Part shown: positions 38,190 through 52,128 of the stretch, one piece after another
How positions within the stretch are numbered: the stretch's first letter is position 1
How the letters are laid out: each line of letters starts with the position of its first letter
From: Oopsacas minuta
Taxonomy: Eukaryota; Animalia; Porifera
DNA length: 64,000 nt
Reading direction: 5' to 3'
Assembly (NCBI GenBank): GCA_024704765.1
Contig: JAKMXF010000244.1
Span: 425,905 to 489,904, forward strand
Translations under genes and position numbers: made by a program
The notes under the pieces: generated by a model
The model's input: only the letters and a program-made list of their open reading frames with translations
Database searches by the model: none
Told to the model about the DNA's origin: nothing

Positions 38190-38459
38190 ATAATACTATA
38201 GGCACAAAATGTCCAGATTACTAAACAAAAGTCATGTAGCAGCTCCAGTATTACTACAGAAGGTCATTAAATGGGATTTGGATTGACCACGGTTAATCAA
38301 AAAAGGATAGTTTCCGCAAATAATTCACCTTGAGGCACGAATTGCGAGTATATCCCTTAGCTTAGAAACAAATAGAATCAAGAAATTATCTGTTAATACT
38401 TAAGCTAACTTGAAACACTGAGCTACCGCGCAGCGACCTAGCAAATGAAGCGCGCTAGT
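38190..38459 (+). mobile_element. Helitron-like repeat 3' portion; second copy at about 26100-26368
   Basis: Shared AGATTACTAA.CAAAAG.CA.GTAG.AGCTCCAGT and TAATACTTAAGCTAAC blocks; both end in a GC-rich segment plus GCGCGCTAG. Confidence 0.55.
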
Positions 38460-38460
38460 G

Positions 38461-39060
38461 CATTGGAAGCTGATTAATCGTAATACCGGATTAAACGGGA
38501 CAATTGTTTGGGAACAGCATTTTACATAGAAAAATCGTCGGATAATTGGGACATCGAATCAGTTAATGAGGATTTCGTATCCCGATTAAACGATTGTGAA
38601 TATATTAAGAATCATATAAAAATCATTTATTTGTAAATCTAGGAAAATTAATAATTTACAACCCCATAACAATACAAGACCGATTCGAGTACAATTTATA
38701 AAATTAAGATTATTTAATTTGCTAACTTGAATCAGGCCCCATTTCTTATTCCACCATAAATAAATCACCCAATAATCCAGACTCAAGTTTATCCAAACGT
38801 TTTGCTTGGTCCTATGGGCAATTTGTAAGTGCAATATTGTCAAATTATATTATACTTACTTTTAGCTAAAATTGCTATTCGTGATTAAAAGATTTTTTGT
38901 GACATCTTGAATATACTCAATACCTCTTCTTAGTTATGAACTGAGACCATGAAAACTAGTTTTGAATACTTTAATAAATCATAAAGGGTTAATCAGGACA
39001 ATCGATGAATTGGGATAATACATTGACTCCCGAGCTGTCCCGATTAAGCGGCTGCCACTG
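38461..39060. mobile_element. pogo/Tigger-like MITE, longer member of the 18393 family
   Basis: Ends CATTGGAAGCTGATTAAT / ATTAAGCGGCTGCCACTG; shares CGGATAATTGGGACATCGAATC.GTTAATGAGGA and ATACATTGACTCC..GAGCTGTCC. Confidence 0.7.
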
Positions 39061-39139
39061 TGCATATTAATTGCGTTTTAATAGTATAAATGCACAGCCT
39101 ACCTAACTATAGCCTGTTCATTGACAATATTCCCCTGTA

Positions 39140-41400
39140 CGATGGATTACTTCAAGTGTACTCACATCGGTTGGCGATCGTATTATTATGATACTATCGA
39201 AATGGTATATATTATTTTGATAGATAATAATCAACACAAGCCATGTCATCCAACTATTACAAGTAGAAATGACGTCATTTGTATTGTTCGAAAGGTAATA
39301 TGCTGTAAAATTCTCCCATTTTTAAAGCTCTGATAAGCGATCATTAGTGCGTCTTCGATTCTAGAACTAATTTCCAGTTTCATAAGGGTGTTCATACATA
39401 ATATATGCAGTTTTGTGATTATAAAGTTGTCACGTTGTTGAGTTATATTAGATAACATGGATGGCATATTTTTCACCAAAATAACCACTCATAATTCGAT
39501 AATTTCGAGACTTTTAGTCAAATTAGTCAAGTCACTATGTACTGCATCGCCAACTGCCCATGCCCTTGTAAGACATTTTGTGACGATGATTCTAAAAGGC
39601 TTAGAGCAATCGTTAAATGTCCATATTTGGCTATTATCAAGACTACACAGAAGTGCTTAGAGTTATCGTATCAATATGTACCGAGTGTTCAATAAGTTCG
39701 AGTAAAAGTATGCTTACAGTACAGATAGATATAAAAATACTAATTCAAATGTTCGAAATACTCCCCATTAGCATCAATATACCTTTGACACCGTTCTAAC
39801 CACATGTCAAATAGTCTTGAGTAGCGATTTTCTGGTATGAGGTCAATTGCATCCAAAAATGCGGCGCTCAGCTCTGTTTCCGAATCAAAACGTCAACCTT
39901 TTAGATGGCGTTTTATAGTAGGAAACAACCAAAAGTCACAGGGGGCTAGATCTGGGCTATAGGATGGATGATCGATCAATTCTAGCCCGGATTGTTTGAT
40001 ATAGTCCTTAGTTTTTCGTGCAGTGTGAGCTGGAGCATTGTCATGGTGGAATTTCATTCCACGAAGACCAGTCTTTGGACGCAACCTCTCGACAGCTTGG
40101 AACACTTGCGGAAGACAATTTTCAGTGTACCAAGTTGCAGTAACAGTGTGCTTCTCAGGAAGCATCACATATTCTATTATCCCTCTTGTAGAGAAGAAAA
40201 CAGCAAACATTCGCTTGCCGACCGCCCTGGTTTGCTTAGGAATTGTGTCCGGTTGCTCGTCTTCAAAGATTCATTTTGAGCTCTGCTGCTTTGATTGAAT
40301 GTCGTAATAATAGATCCATGTCTCGTCACCAGTTATGACTTCTGACCAGCGTCACGAATCTTTTTTGGAATACTTTAGCAGCATAAAACGACAAAATTCT
40401 AGTCGATGATCTTTTTGCTCAAAATTTAATAAATGGGGAACCAACTTAGAACTAACCCACTTTAGTCCAAGGTGTTGGTGTAAGATGGTTTCTATTGTCC
40501 CCGATGAGACCGAAACCTCGAAAGTTAACTATCTGACAGTGATTTGCCTATCCTCAGTTACAAGCTTCGATACTTTGTCGATATTCTCCTCGGTGACCGC
40601 CGTAATTGGACGTCCTGAACGTGACTCATCGTCAAGGGATGTGTGGCCTAAACGGAATTGACGATACCACTTGTAGATGTTGGATTGGGTTGGACTTTGA
40701 TCCCCAAAGATAGAAAACATCTCATAACTGCAATCCGCAACGTTTAATCCACGTTTGAAATTGTAGAAAATGATGGCACGGAAATCTCTCTTATTCAAAT
40801 TTTCCATAATATTAAATATTGAAAGTGAAGACTATAAAATTGGCTACAAAAAATCGAGTATAGTACTTATAATCCTGAAATTTAGTTAAGAAGTATGGAT
40901 TCACTAGGTATATATGTGGTTACGTTAAATTAGCTCTACTGTAAGTGCTTTGTATAGTTTACTCGAACTTATTGAACACTCGGTACTAGAAAGGTGCGGA
41001 AATTAGGCATGTATTACATATTGGATGGGCTGATTTGACTAATACTTTTGCGACAATCGAGTTATAACCTGATATTTTAGCCAAAGTACGTAATGCATGG
41101 TACCTAGTTTAACTCAAAACTTATTAACATTTCTAGAACAGTTGATATCAATTCTTGAGTCTAAAACCCAATAGAGATCGTTCATCAGGGCTTGCAAATC
41201 GGATAATTTTAACAAAACATTGCCGTTTGAGCCAAACAAATTACGATACTACGAACTGGGAATAGTTGGGTGATATGGCTTATGTTGATTATTATCTATC
41301 AAGAATAAATAGATTAGAGCCGAAATATACAAATTCGATATTATCAGAATAATACCATCGCCAACTGATGTTAAATGACTTGAAGTAATCCATAGATAGC
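39140..41400. repeat. Old long inverted-repeat element with the mariner inserted in its spacer
   Basis: 39140-39560 and about 41010-41400 are diverged reverse complements (e.g. ATGGATTACTTCAAGT, GATAGATAATAATCAACA.AAGCCAT, TTAGTCAAAT). Confidence 0.75.
39681..40983 (-). mobile_element. mariner (DD34D) element, full length, defective
   Basis: Perfect 26-bp TIR CCGAGTGTTCAATAAGTTCGAGTAAA, TA TSD, 1303 bp. Transposase 40807-39740 with SRSGRP, TGDETW, HHDNAPAH, YSPDLAPCDFWLF. Confidence 0.95.
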
Positions 41401-44395
41401 CACTGAAATGTCTGTATTTACGATGTCTGCGCATAGATATTCATATAGGGTTCGCCTAACGCGATGATCGTTCCGAAAGTTAAATGAAAATGCACTATAC
41501 CACATCGAAAGGTTAGTTTTCCAAAATCCTGAAAAGCTCAACTTTGCTATAGAAACTAATACGAAAAAAAGAGCTCATCGTTAGGTACGATAATCGCCAG
41601 TTATACAAACTCATATACATATATGTATTTATATATTAGTACATGTTTGTATGTTAGAATTGATTGAAGAAGCTGGAAGATCCATGGCTGATTTTGGGCC
41701 GGGCTCGGGCAAGTTCAAGTTTTGGATCAAAATGCAACCATGACGATATTATGACGTAAATGTCACATTTTAGGAATTTCGATAGAAGTGCATATTTTTT
41801 TGTTAGAAATTGAGATTATCTACGTAAATTGAAATAAGTATTGACGAAAATTACGAATATTAGATAAAAAAAATCCTAAATCGATTAGTAAAAAGCTACA
41901 CGGGCGCGACAAAATAACTTTAGAGTCATCTCGTCTGTGAGGGTATTATATATAATTTGATCAAATTGACTAAGTTATTGGAAAAATAATTATATTGAAA
42001 ATGGAAATCAGTGGTTCCAAACCTGTGAATTTACAGCCCATTACTCATAGATGCAGGTCCGCCGAGAGGTTTCCGCCGGTCCGGACCAACGAACACCATT
42101 TTTTTACACAATTCCTTACTTCCTTATAATTCAAGTTTGAGCTAACTAAATAAACTCATAGTCAGGTTGGATTAGGGGGTAAATAGGTTTAAGAAGCCAC
42201 CACTGGACACATTAGGTACAACTATCGACATGGTGCTGATTATAGACTACTTATAATAAGGGAAACAGGCAAAGATAAGTAAATGTAAGCTCAGAGGTTC
42301 GAAGACACTATCAGCTTTAGATAGCCTGATTTTGAACATACCATCAGTTACAGTGAACTGCGGACAACACTGTTAGCAGTGTGTACTCCTATACTATTAG
42401 CACATATGAAGCAAAAAAGGTTTACTGTGAGCTATGGTCAATTAAGAATAATTCGGGATTTTGATAGTTCCATAGCCTACTATACACAAGGCCTCACAAC
42501 TGATTTGTCATAGTTGATCATTTTAATACATTTTCCAACTGAAATAAGTTAGAATAATAGTAAATACCTTAAATACATATTGTGATCAACAAATAATACG
42601 CAATTTGACATTTATTTATAGTAAATATTCAATCAATCCGCGGGAGGTTAAGCAGAGGTGTATATAATTCTGTAAGGACTTCAAGTGCAATCCAACGCTG
42701 ATTGAGAACCCAAAGATCATACTTTTGAGAGTCAAGCTCATAAATATAATTAATGAGTATTTGTTACGGACCGTTGTTGTTCGTATTAAGAGATTACATC
42801 GTAGAAAGAATTAAATGATGTGAGGAATATACTTACGAAAACTTTTTCGAGTGGTGATAGCTTCAAGGAACTTGGTATTTCTGGTCACCTAACTATATAT
42901 CCACTCAGTTTCCCTAACCGTCTCATTTATCTTCGAAAATTAAACAAACAGATTGTGAATTCAAATGTTCTTGGATATTCAACAACGAGACTGCAACCAA
43001 ATATTAAACACCTTTCCAGAGGAGTAACTAGCATTTTCTCTATGGGACTATCTGTGCGATGCAACATAGGTGTATCAGGAAATATTGGCAAATGAGGAAT
43101 ATAATTTCTTTAACGTTTGGGATGAGCATGAGACAGACAGGGCATATACTGAATGCCTTTTCTGTCTTTGTAACAGAATAACAGGCGAAATAAAATGTGT
43201 ATGAAATTATTTATCATGAAATAAATTGAGTCAGGGTAATATACCACTTCAGGAACAAGGCAATTTTGGAGCTAAAAACTAATACATCGTAGACTAAGAA
43301 CTTCTGGACATTCGTGCAATCTGTTATCTGACTTATCATGGATCTGGAAGTTGTGGAATGTGACCTCGTGCTACCGCTTTACCATAATCGTCTGACGTCT
43401 CATCTAGCAACATTTGCCAAGTTTTACTTAGGGTATTTAATTGAACAGATATTTTCACCACTATGGTATGCTTTTACGAACAGATTAATTTCTACTAACT
43501 AGGCCCGTTAATTGAAATATAGTTGTTATTTTATGGCAGTGTTGCGAATAAATATCAAAATAAGTGGATTAAGAAGCCAAATTGAGTAAACTTGTGAGAA
43601 TTGTATTTTATAGTGTATTCACAAAATATAACAGAGAACGAGCTACGCATGGCTAAATGGGTCATTTTACTAACTAAACCAAGAATTACACATACAAAAA
43701 ATGAGAACAAATCACAAAAGGTATTAATATGCCATCGTAAAATGGTATATTAATACCAGGCTTAGCCAATACAGAGCTATCTCTTGTGATCAATAAATTC
43801 AATATACCTGTTAGATAAGATCCTCACAGGTCCTTGACTACTTGCTATTCACGTGGAAATTTTGGGTAATAATGCCACTTTCCCATTTAGTGAGTTAAAT
43901 TCTATAATTTTGTGACTTGTTGGAGTATAATGGAATTCAGAGTGTCCAAGAAGCAACAAACTCAAATTTTGGTCGTACAGTGTAATTAGCAATTGGTTAA
44001 CAACAATGCAAATTCAAATGTAAAAAACAAGCGAATGCATATGTAAAATGGGGAAAAACACAAATACATGTCTTACAATACGTTATTATACTCCATAACA
44101 TTGATTTCTAACATGTTATTGAAGATTTCAGTGGACACTAGCCCCTAGTTCAAATCCAAAAACAGTTGTGAGGAATAATGTATAGTAAGCTATGATAGTT
44201 AATAATCAAGACATAGTCCATCATAAGCTTGAATCTTCTAGGTTCAAACTAAAAATTTCCGATGTATGCATAATCCTTCCTAAATACAGTATAAACGGTA
44301 TCACAGTCTTAAAAGTTCTTAATTTTCCAAGGATAGAAATAGAAATATGAAAATTTTTAGATCTCTGAAAAGAGGCGCTATCACAATGAACCTAC

Positions 44396-44575
44396 CCTTT
44401 AATAGAAGGTCTCTCTATTTCAAACCCATCTTCATTTTTGTGCGATGAATTAATTCCAAAACCGTCAGTTGTAGGATCAGTCTTCACATCACTTGTTTTA
44501 TCGCCAATTCGCGAAGTCAGAGAGTTACAGCTATGATTGCCACGGGAACCACATGAACAGATAATAGGAGAGAAT
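44396..44575 (-). CDS. UBR4: UBR4 exon (end of UBR box and low-complexity linker)
   Basis: Acceptor TATTCTAG, donor GG|GTAGGT; 180 nt, phase 2-2. (R)[22 protein letters not shown] aligns to [22 protein letters not shown]. Confidence 0.9.
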
Positions 44576-45310
44576 CTAGAATAGATTAAGGGATATAAAG
44601 AAATTAAATTTTGAACTTCAACATAGCCATTACCGGCGAAAGATGTGAATAACTCAGAGGGAACAGATGGAAACAAAATGAAATTTTCTACACAATGAAT
44701 TATGACAATAAACAGTTATGTATTAAAATGAAAAGTTTCCAATATATACACTCTTGCTAAGTTGAATTCGGGGTTAATTTTTAGAGTTGCTTTCAGTTCC
44801 AGTTTTCGTTAACAGACAGAAGTCGAGACTCAGTTTATTCGTGATTTTTGGATTCTCCTTATGTAAAACATAAGTATAATAATCTACAAAGCAGTTTAGA
44901 AAATATTTTTCGATTTATTCGAGTTTCATGTGAATGAGTGTTTAAAATTTTTGAATTCTATGATAAAACAACAAATAACCAATTTTGTGACGTTATATAT
45001 CAAAGAACACTCAACAAATTGTTCTGAGATGTTCACTTATATTAGTTAGGCCATGTTGAGATATAATTGTTCGGATTTCATAATCAATATTTCTTTGAAT
45101 AATTAAATTTGGTATTTGTCGTTATATATGAACTAAGGACCATCCAATTGAAAGCAAAAGTAACAATCGGGTGTTGGAAATGAGTTGAAAATGGAATGGA
45201 ATATCAATTCATAAGCCACAAATGTTTGAAAGTTATGCATGTAGATTTATGGAATAGATACTATATTGAGCACACAAAACATGCAACCATATGAGAGAAA
45301 GATAAATTAC

Positions 45311-45438
45311 CTCGAATAACTAAGGTCGTGGCCTTTATGGCAAACCTTTGCACATGTTGTACAAATCCCATGAGCTTTAGTCATCTTGCAAGTGTGGCAG
45401 TGATATGAATGTTGCTTAAGCTCTTCCTTCTCAGTAGT
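45311..45438 (-). CDS. UBR4: UBR4 exon (UBR-box zinc finger core)
   Basis: Acceptor TTCTATTTTTAG, donor AG|GTAATT; 128 nt, phase 0 to 2. [43 protein letters not shown] versus human [43 protein letters not shown] (recalled). Confidence 0.95.
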
Positions 45439-46654
45439 CTAAAAATAGAATAGTCATATATGGTAAAAGAAATCATGACATGAAACCTATATATATATAT
45501 GAAACTGTGAATGTAATTAGAGATAAGACAAATAAGTGTTCGACGATAAATGCGAATGAACTACACTAGTAAATACGTGAGTAGAGAGTAACTTAACCGA
45601 TTACGACCGAAGTGTTAAATTCGTGACGGAAAGAACACGCTAACTTTACCACTTTGTTTAACCAATTCCAGTACCCAAATCAAGCAGTACCTTTGTGAAG
45701 TCATAAAATCATATATTTTCCCAAAAATGTTCGGTAAATAGGGAAGGCAGAGAGTCTCTGCTATGTTTTCCAAAGGAATTAAAATGAAATCGCTAAAGGC
45801 CGATGTTTCCATATAAACGACCTAATTGGAACATTATTATGTTGTATTGGGCTGGAAATTTGACAAATATTATACTTTCATTGTGTTATAAGTTTATTAG
45901 AAAATTATTGTTGATATTTGACACTGAAACTGTGCTCATTAATAGAATACATTTTAAAAACTAGTAACAACACGCGAGTTCCGCAGGTTTTTCCTAGTTT
46001 TTACACTAGGATACTGTCTGTATTTAATTTGAATAGAATTCGTGAAATTTTGGCATCCAACTAGGATTTCACGTCAAAAAAATACAAAAATTGCTACATA
46101 GGTGAATTCCAATAGACGGTTTTTCGATTATTTAGCCAATAGGGTTTTATTGAAAAAATTTGCTATAAGTAGGTGTTGCTTTATTATTCTCATTCTGGGA
46201 AGCAATTTACATTAATCTGAGAGGGCAAAGCTCTTTCAGATTGAAAATGAAGGCGCCCTGGCTGGAGCCTCTTTGCTATGGCAACGCAGCAGAATGCGGC
46301 CTAAAAAGGCCAAAATGACTGCTTCGTGACGCAGCAATATTCAAAATTACTCTAATATAACCAATTACGGTCGGAAGGGACACGCTAATTGTATCAATTT
46401 GTTTTACCTAATTCCCGCATCCAAATCGAGATATCAGCACTCTTCTGACTTAATAAAATTGCATATTTACCGGCAGTATTCAGTTAATGAGGTTGGTAAT
46501 AGATGCATAAAAAACATAGGTTGGCCATACTGTTGGAACATAAACGTATTCTATCAAAATGGTAAGGTGTGAAACTAAGATGGATATTATGTATACATGG
46601 TTTGTGTGATTCTAGGATGCGCATGCATTTGTTAGAATTGATTATATTATCACT

Positions 46655-46890
46655 TGTTAGTATCAGTTATCAGGATACTATCATTGTCTTAGAATCAATT
46701 TACCAGGATACTTTCACTTGTTAACTTCAGTTTTTCAGGATCCTGTCATTAGTCAAACAAGTTTGGAGGATACCTTCATTTTTTTGAATCAGTTTTCCAG
46801 CAACTTTCACTTGTAAGAATCACTTTTCAGGATTGTTAGAATCAATTTTTCAGGATACAGTCATTTGTTAAAATCATTTCTTCAGGATAA
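46655..46890. repeat. Degenerate minisatellite, unit about 32 bp, about 8 copies
   Basis: CAGGAT core recurs at 46671, 46704, 46736, 46766, 46798, 46828, 46851 and 46883. Confidence 0.8.
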
Positions 46891-46897
46891 TAAACTA

Positions 46898-47900
46898 TAG
46901 GTGGAGCACTCGGAAAGTTATTAGTCATACCAAAATTATACAGGATATGAACTCAATTTATTATAACTTCTCAAAGTATTCACCAATAGCTTGTAAATAC
47001 TCTCTGATACTCTCAAAACACTTTTCTATCAGGTTGCAACACTAAGATTTGGTGAGGGCATTAAGGTGCTCTCTGTAGCTTCGACAGCTCTACTAGGTGA
47101 TGAATAACGGGTGCCACGCGTAGGATCTTTGACCTTTGGGATAAAAAGAAGTCACAAGGTGCAAGATCTGGAGCTTATGGTGGATGACTCAGAAATTGAA
47201 TGGATTTGTCGAGAATAAAGTCTCGGGGTTCGCCTGTTGTCTGAGCTCTTGCATTATCGTGATGCAAAAATATTCCTCGAAGTACGTACTTTGGACGCCG
47301 AGGTGTTCACAAAGGTTATCGAAGACTACTGGAAGGCGAACTCGACAATACCAATCAGCAGCTACCATGGTGATAATCTTTAAAGTACTGTTGCTATGTG
47401 ACTTCCTTCCCCAAAAAACTTGGTAACCATCTGTTTACGGGTTGAACGTCCCAGTACCACTTTTGTTGGTGGATCCTCTCCAGGAGACAACCAAACTTGA
47501 GACTGCGTCATTTTCTCAGGCTCATAAGAATATACCCAAGTTTCATCTCCAGAATCTAACTGAGAAACTTGGTTAGACTTCCTCATATGGAATTTGGCAC
47601 CATTATCAACCATGGTTTGTTTTGTAATTCTGTCAAAAGGTGTGGGATCCTTCCAATACTTAAATTATGTAGACCAAGTTCTTCGTGTAAGATCTCACTA
47701 ACTGCCCATGAGTAAATCAGGATCATGTTAAAAAACGCGTAAATCTTCAATAACTAGGGTATGCATTTGAGCTGTATTGTTTTGCCAACTTATATATAAA
47801 CTAAGGAGGTGAAGTGATCACTTTGCACAAGGATCATGTCTTGTAACATCATCAAAAGTCTTCTAATGATAGTTTTGCGATTTCAAGGCCATGGTCTTAC
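46898..47900 (-). mobile_element. Degenerate mariner element
   Basis: SGDETWVYSYEPEKMTQSQVW, HDNA..., HPP..PDLAPCDFF remnants; ends approximate. Confidence 0.8.
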
Positions 47901-50777
47901 ATTTTACGTCTAATTTATAAACTTCTTTTATATATTTTTCGATAGTATGATTATGAGAATTTAAAGATGTGATCAAATTGGTTTGAAGATTGAGTTTATT
48001 AGTATGTTTACAAACAACGCTAAATAACACATATCTAAGTTACATATATTCAGAGTAATTTACACATTATGTATTTGTTACCATTTCGCGTTGTCAATAA
48101 TACCTTTCCGAGCAAAACAACTTGTAGTCATCTACTGTTTATTCATTACATTCTAATGCTATGATCAATAATCATATGATGGCCTATGGCTGATTTTCAT
48201 GATACAAACCTACCTGAAAACTGATTTTACTATATATACCAAGTGACATATGGTAAATTCTAACAAATCACAAATGTAGAGTTCTAATAAATGCAGCGCC
48301 CCGATTCTAGCACGCGAGTGATTGTGTCAAGCAAAGACGTAAAAGGAACTTGTGGATTATGGGCTATCGATAGTTTAGCTGATAGAATAAAGTCCATATG
48401 AGTTCTATATTAAACGGCACAAATTATCAACCATTTATGAAGAAAAATATCAGGAATGTGTTAAAACATGTGTCCAGTAAGCATGCAATTGATAAATATG
48501 TCATTCTTTGATCCATTGTAGAAGGTAAAATATTGAGTCTGTTATCTGAAAGTGAAATGATCTATAGATAGTGCCATACAAAATTTTTTTCCTGTGTAAT
48601 TAGTCCATAGTCGTAGATCCATTTGTGGGAAAAGTACGTACTAACCGAAAGCACTCCTTAACATAAGCAGAGTACTTCTTATCCGAGTTCTACTCTACAG
48701 TAAGAATTTGAAAATATTACCAAAGAACGTACTACGATAACAATATCTAAAATAAATGAATGGATATTCCACAGAATACAGATAGTTCATGAAAACAGCA
48801 GCAAAAATGATGTTGATTGAACATTTTGTGTCAATATTCGGAATTTCAAAAGCGGGGAGCGGCGTTTATTCTGACTCTTATAAAACATTAACTTATAGCT
48901 TAGGTCCAGTGCCCTTAAAGGCCCGGAATTGCTCTTCGTTCTTTCCTGTACTCAGTGGTGTCGTACTATGTGCTACTGGGGGGCCCAGTCCCGAAATATT
49001 CTTCGAGCTCCCACGGCACATAATTACTCCACGGGGCCAGAAAAATGTCAACTTTCTGGGCCAATTGCACACCAAAGGTTATTTCTTGCTGTGTGTTTCG
49101 CTCCTGGACCTCACTGATTGTTTACTGCGCCGTTGATTCTCATCTAGAACTTGTTGACCAACATACATTTTTGTGGCCTCCAAGCATAAAATCCACACGA
49201 CAACACTGCGCTGTATTTATCTCCCTATATGAAAATGGATACGTGCGACAAGTGAATTAAACCTGCAGCCATAAAGAACTTGCAATAGTTGACTATAGCA
49301 TCCTGAACTGAATATTTAGGTACGTAGTTCGACTATTGGTCACTTTAAACTACTTGTTGAAAATCACCTAATAATTAAAATAAAATACTCCAAAAAGTAA
49401 TTAATATTGCTAAAGGAAATTACAATCATATGATCTACCAACCCTCAATAGCATCCAGAATAAAAAATATATTAATAGGAATAAGCCGATTAAATAATTC
49501 ATTATAGTTGACACATTTGAAAAAACTTTCAAAACCTTAATTCTAAGTCATCTCATATAATTACAATTCTGATGACATTTTCGTATCCACCAACGCTAGA
49601 CTTTTGATTAATTACAAGTTTTTACCTCTGGCTATACGGGATGTTGGTATAATAAGGTTGAATTGAACACGATTTTTAGATCTAATTGGCTGCTAACTTC
49701 TTCTCCATGTTTCGTCATTGGAATATCAAACACATCATTAAATTGCGTAAATTGAGTATTATTGCTAAGTTTGACTATTGGTTTGAAGGTAGCCCGAAAT
49801 GTGAACGGGCTCCGTTGTTTATGGACCACTCTGAAATTATAAATAACTATACTCAATTTGTCGAGGGGTGTCAAACAAGTGGTCATTCGATAGAGAAAAT
49901 ATATTCGGTAACCGAATAGTGTCATTTCCACTAATTTATCTAGTGTTGGTAATATTTTGAGAGGGATGAAATTTATATAAAGGATTATAGCAACTTTAGG
50001 TATTTATGAGATGTTACATAATTGGTCCATGATCTCAAATATTGATCATATAGTAAGATACAATCGCAACACGAATGTACTTATGATAGCTATGTATTAT
50101 TATTTCAATTTAGTCATGAAAGAATAATTGCAGAGGTTAAGCGTTGAACCGCTGTTATCGAAAGGTTTTAAAACCCATTAATTCGGTCAACCGACAACAG
50201 CAAAATTTCTTACTTGAAAATCTAGACTTGGCAAATATATATATGTTTCGCAAATAGAAGTTGATTATTCTTGGGTCATGATTCACAGTATTGCTAGTAC
50301 TTTAAATTATAGGAATATAATTCAATATTTAGACAATTGTTGGATTTCCTGTACATCTGCTAAAAAAGATAAACGAAATATAAATACAATAATACTTATT
50401 TATTCGGCCCATTACTACATAATTTAAGTTATAATTCTATATTATTAAATCTCAATGATTGTCTGTTTGTCTGCTGTTTGGTTGTCGGTTGTCAAGGAAA
50501 GGATTATGGTTTGCAATTTTGAAATTATCACATAACTATGTATTTATCGTATTTATCAAGGAAGTAAATAGAATTCAATGAAACTTGACTAAACATATCG
50601 AATATGCTGAATCCGATTTCACACTTTTGGATTAATTATAGGTAAATGTATTATTGTTTTTATGAATAAAGCAAACAAATTTCAAAATTGTCGTAGAATT
50701 ATAATTTCAACGACAATACTGAGGCAGTCGAGTATGCTGAGTCTGAATATGGTATGGTATTGGCATTGACATATAGT

Positions 50778-50947
50778 TAATTGGCGGAGCTAGGAAGCTG
50801 CTACCGGTTGCTGACAACCTCTGGACCACTGTCAATAACCCCAGTTGCAACCGCTGGATTACCCGGAATTCATGCAATATTTATGTTATTGGCGCTGCTA
50901 GCAACCACAGTGGCAACCCCAAAAAGGAAACGCTGGCTATGCCTCTT
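50778..50947. mobile_element. hAT-type MITE; a second copy lies at about 57240-57419
   Basis: Shared core CCAGTTGCAAC..CTGGATTAC...GCAATAT.TATGTTATT...GCTAGCAA; TGGCGGAGCTAG / CAGTGGCGTGGCTAG termini. Confidence 0.6.
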
Positions 50948-52128
50948 TAGGATATTCAATTACAAACTAACAAATATTTTCAATATCAGGGTTTGATCTG
51001 TCAGATACATATGAATCACCTTCTAATGAAACAATTTTTTGCTTCTAAAGGAAATCATTATACACCCATACTTTAAGGTGAAAGCCATCTCCTGATAATT
51101 GCACATATTATGATAATGGCTGGAAAATAGAAAATTTGTAAATATGTATTTATTATTTCATGCAGATTTCTAATGATATTATCTAAATGATTCTGCTGTA
51201 ATTATTTTAAGCTTAAAATAGGAGATATCTCTCTGTTGGTCTCTGGTGCCTTAGTTTCGCCACCATGAAATTTATACTTTGTCGAGCACTGACTACAAAA
51301 TACATTTTGAAAACATATCTCTACTCACTATTGCGAAATTTGAATACAACCATAAATGGGCATAACATTACGTCATAGTGACTAGAGATATCATATCAAT
51401 ATGGATTATTAGGGTATGGGAAGTCGGGTATATGCTAGATATTGGATTGAGGTATTTGGCTGTGACACTTTGTGAGATATATTGTATTCGTTTCATTATA
51501 CATACCATCCATGGTCATCAGAATTCAGTCCTTATTTAATGAAGTCTATGATCTGAGTAGATCAATATTTGTAGAATTATACGAGAATTAGTTTTGTGGT
51601 ATTTAAGGAGAGAATGATGGACGTCTTTGCAACAAGTGGTCTGTGGTGAGTCAGACGGAATTTACGATAAGTTCCAAGACTAAATGAATCATCTTCAAAT
51701 ACATACTACGTACAAAGTTAATTCTTGGAAATGTTACGAAATTCAATTATATGAAACTAGTGAATATTATAATGAACACAATTACAGGTGATAACATTAT
51801 GATAAGCTATGCCATAGGTCTCAGCTGAAGAATTGCAAAGAGCTATGAACAAATTAAATATTTTTACTCAGAGACAATGAAAAGCATTTCTACTGATAGT
51901 AACATAAATTATCAGAACGACAAACTATAATAAAATGAAAGAGATGATCCTGATTGATATCACATGTACAAACTTAGAAGGCATTGTTAGGAGTAATTAT
52001 TGTCGCAAAGTGATGAAGAAGAGGAATACAGAGTCAGATATAGATGAAGAAATGAAAAGTCAGGATCTCATTAATGGTAAGTGGAAATGTTATGTACATA
52101 ACTATACTAACACTCGTGTTTAGTAGTA

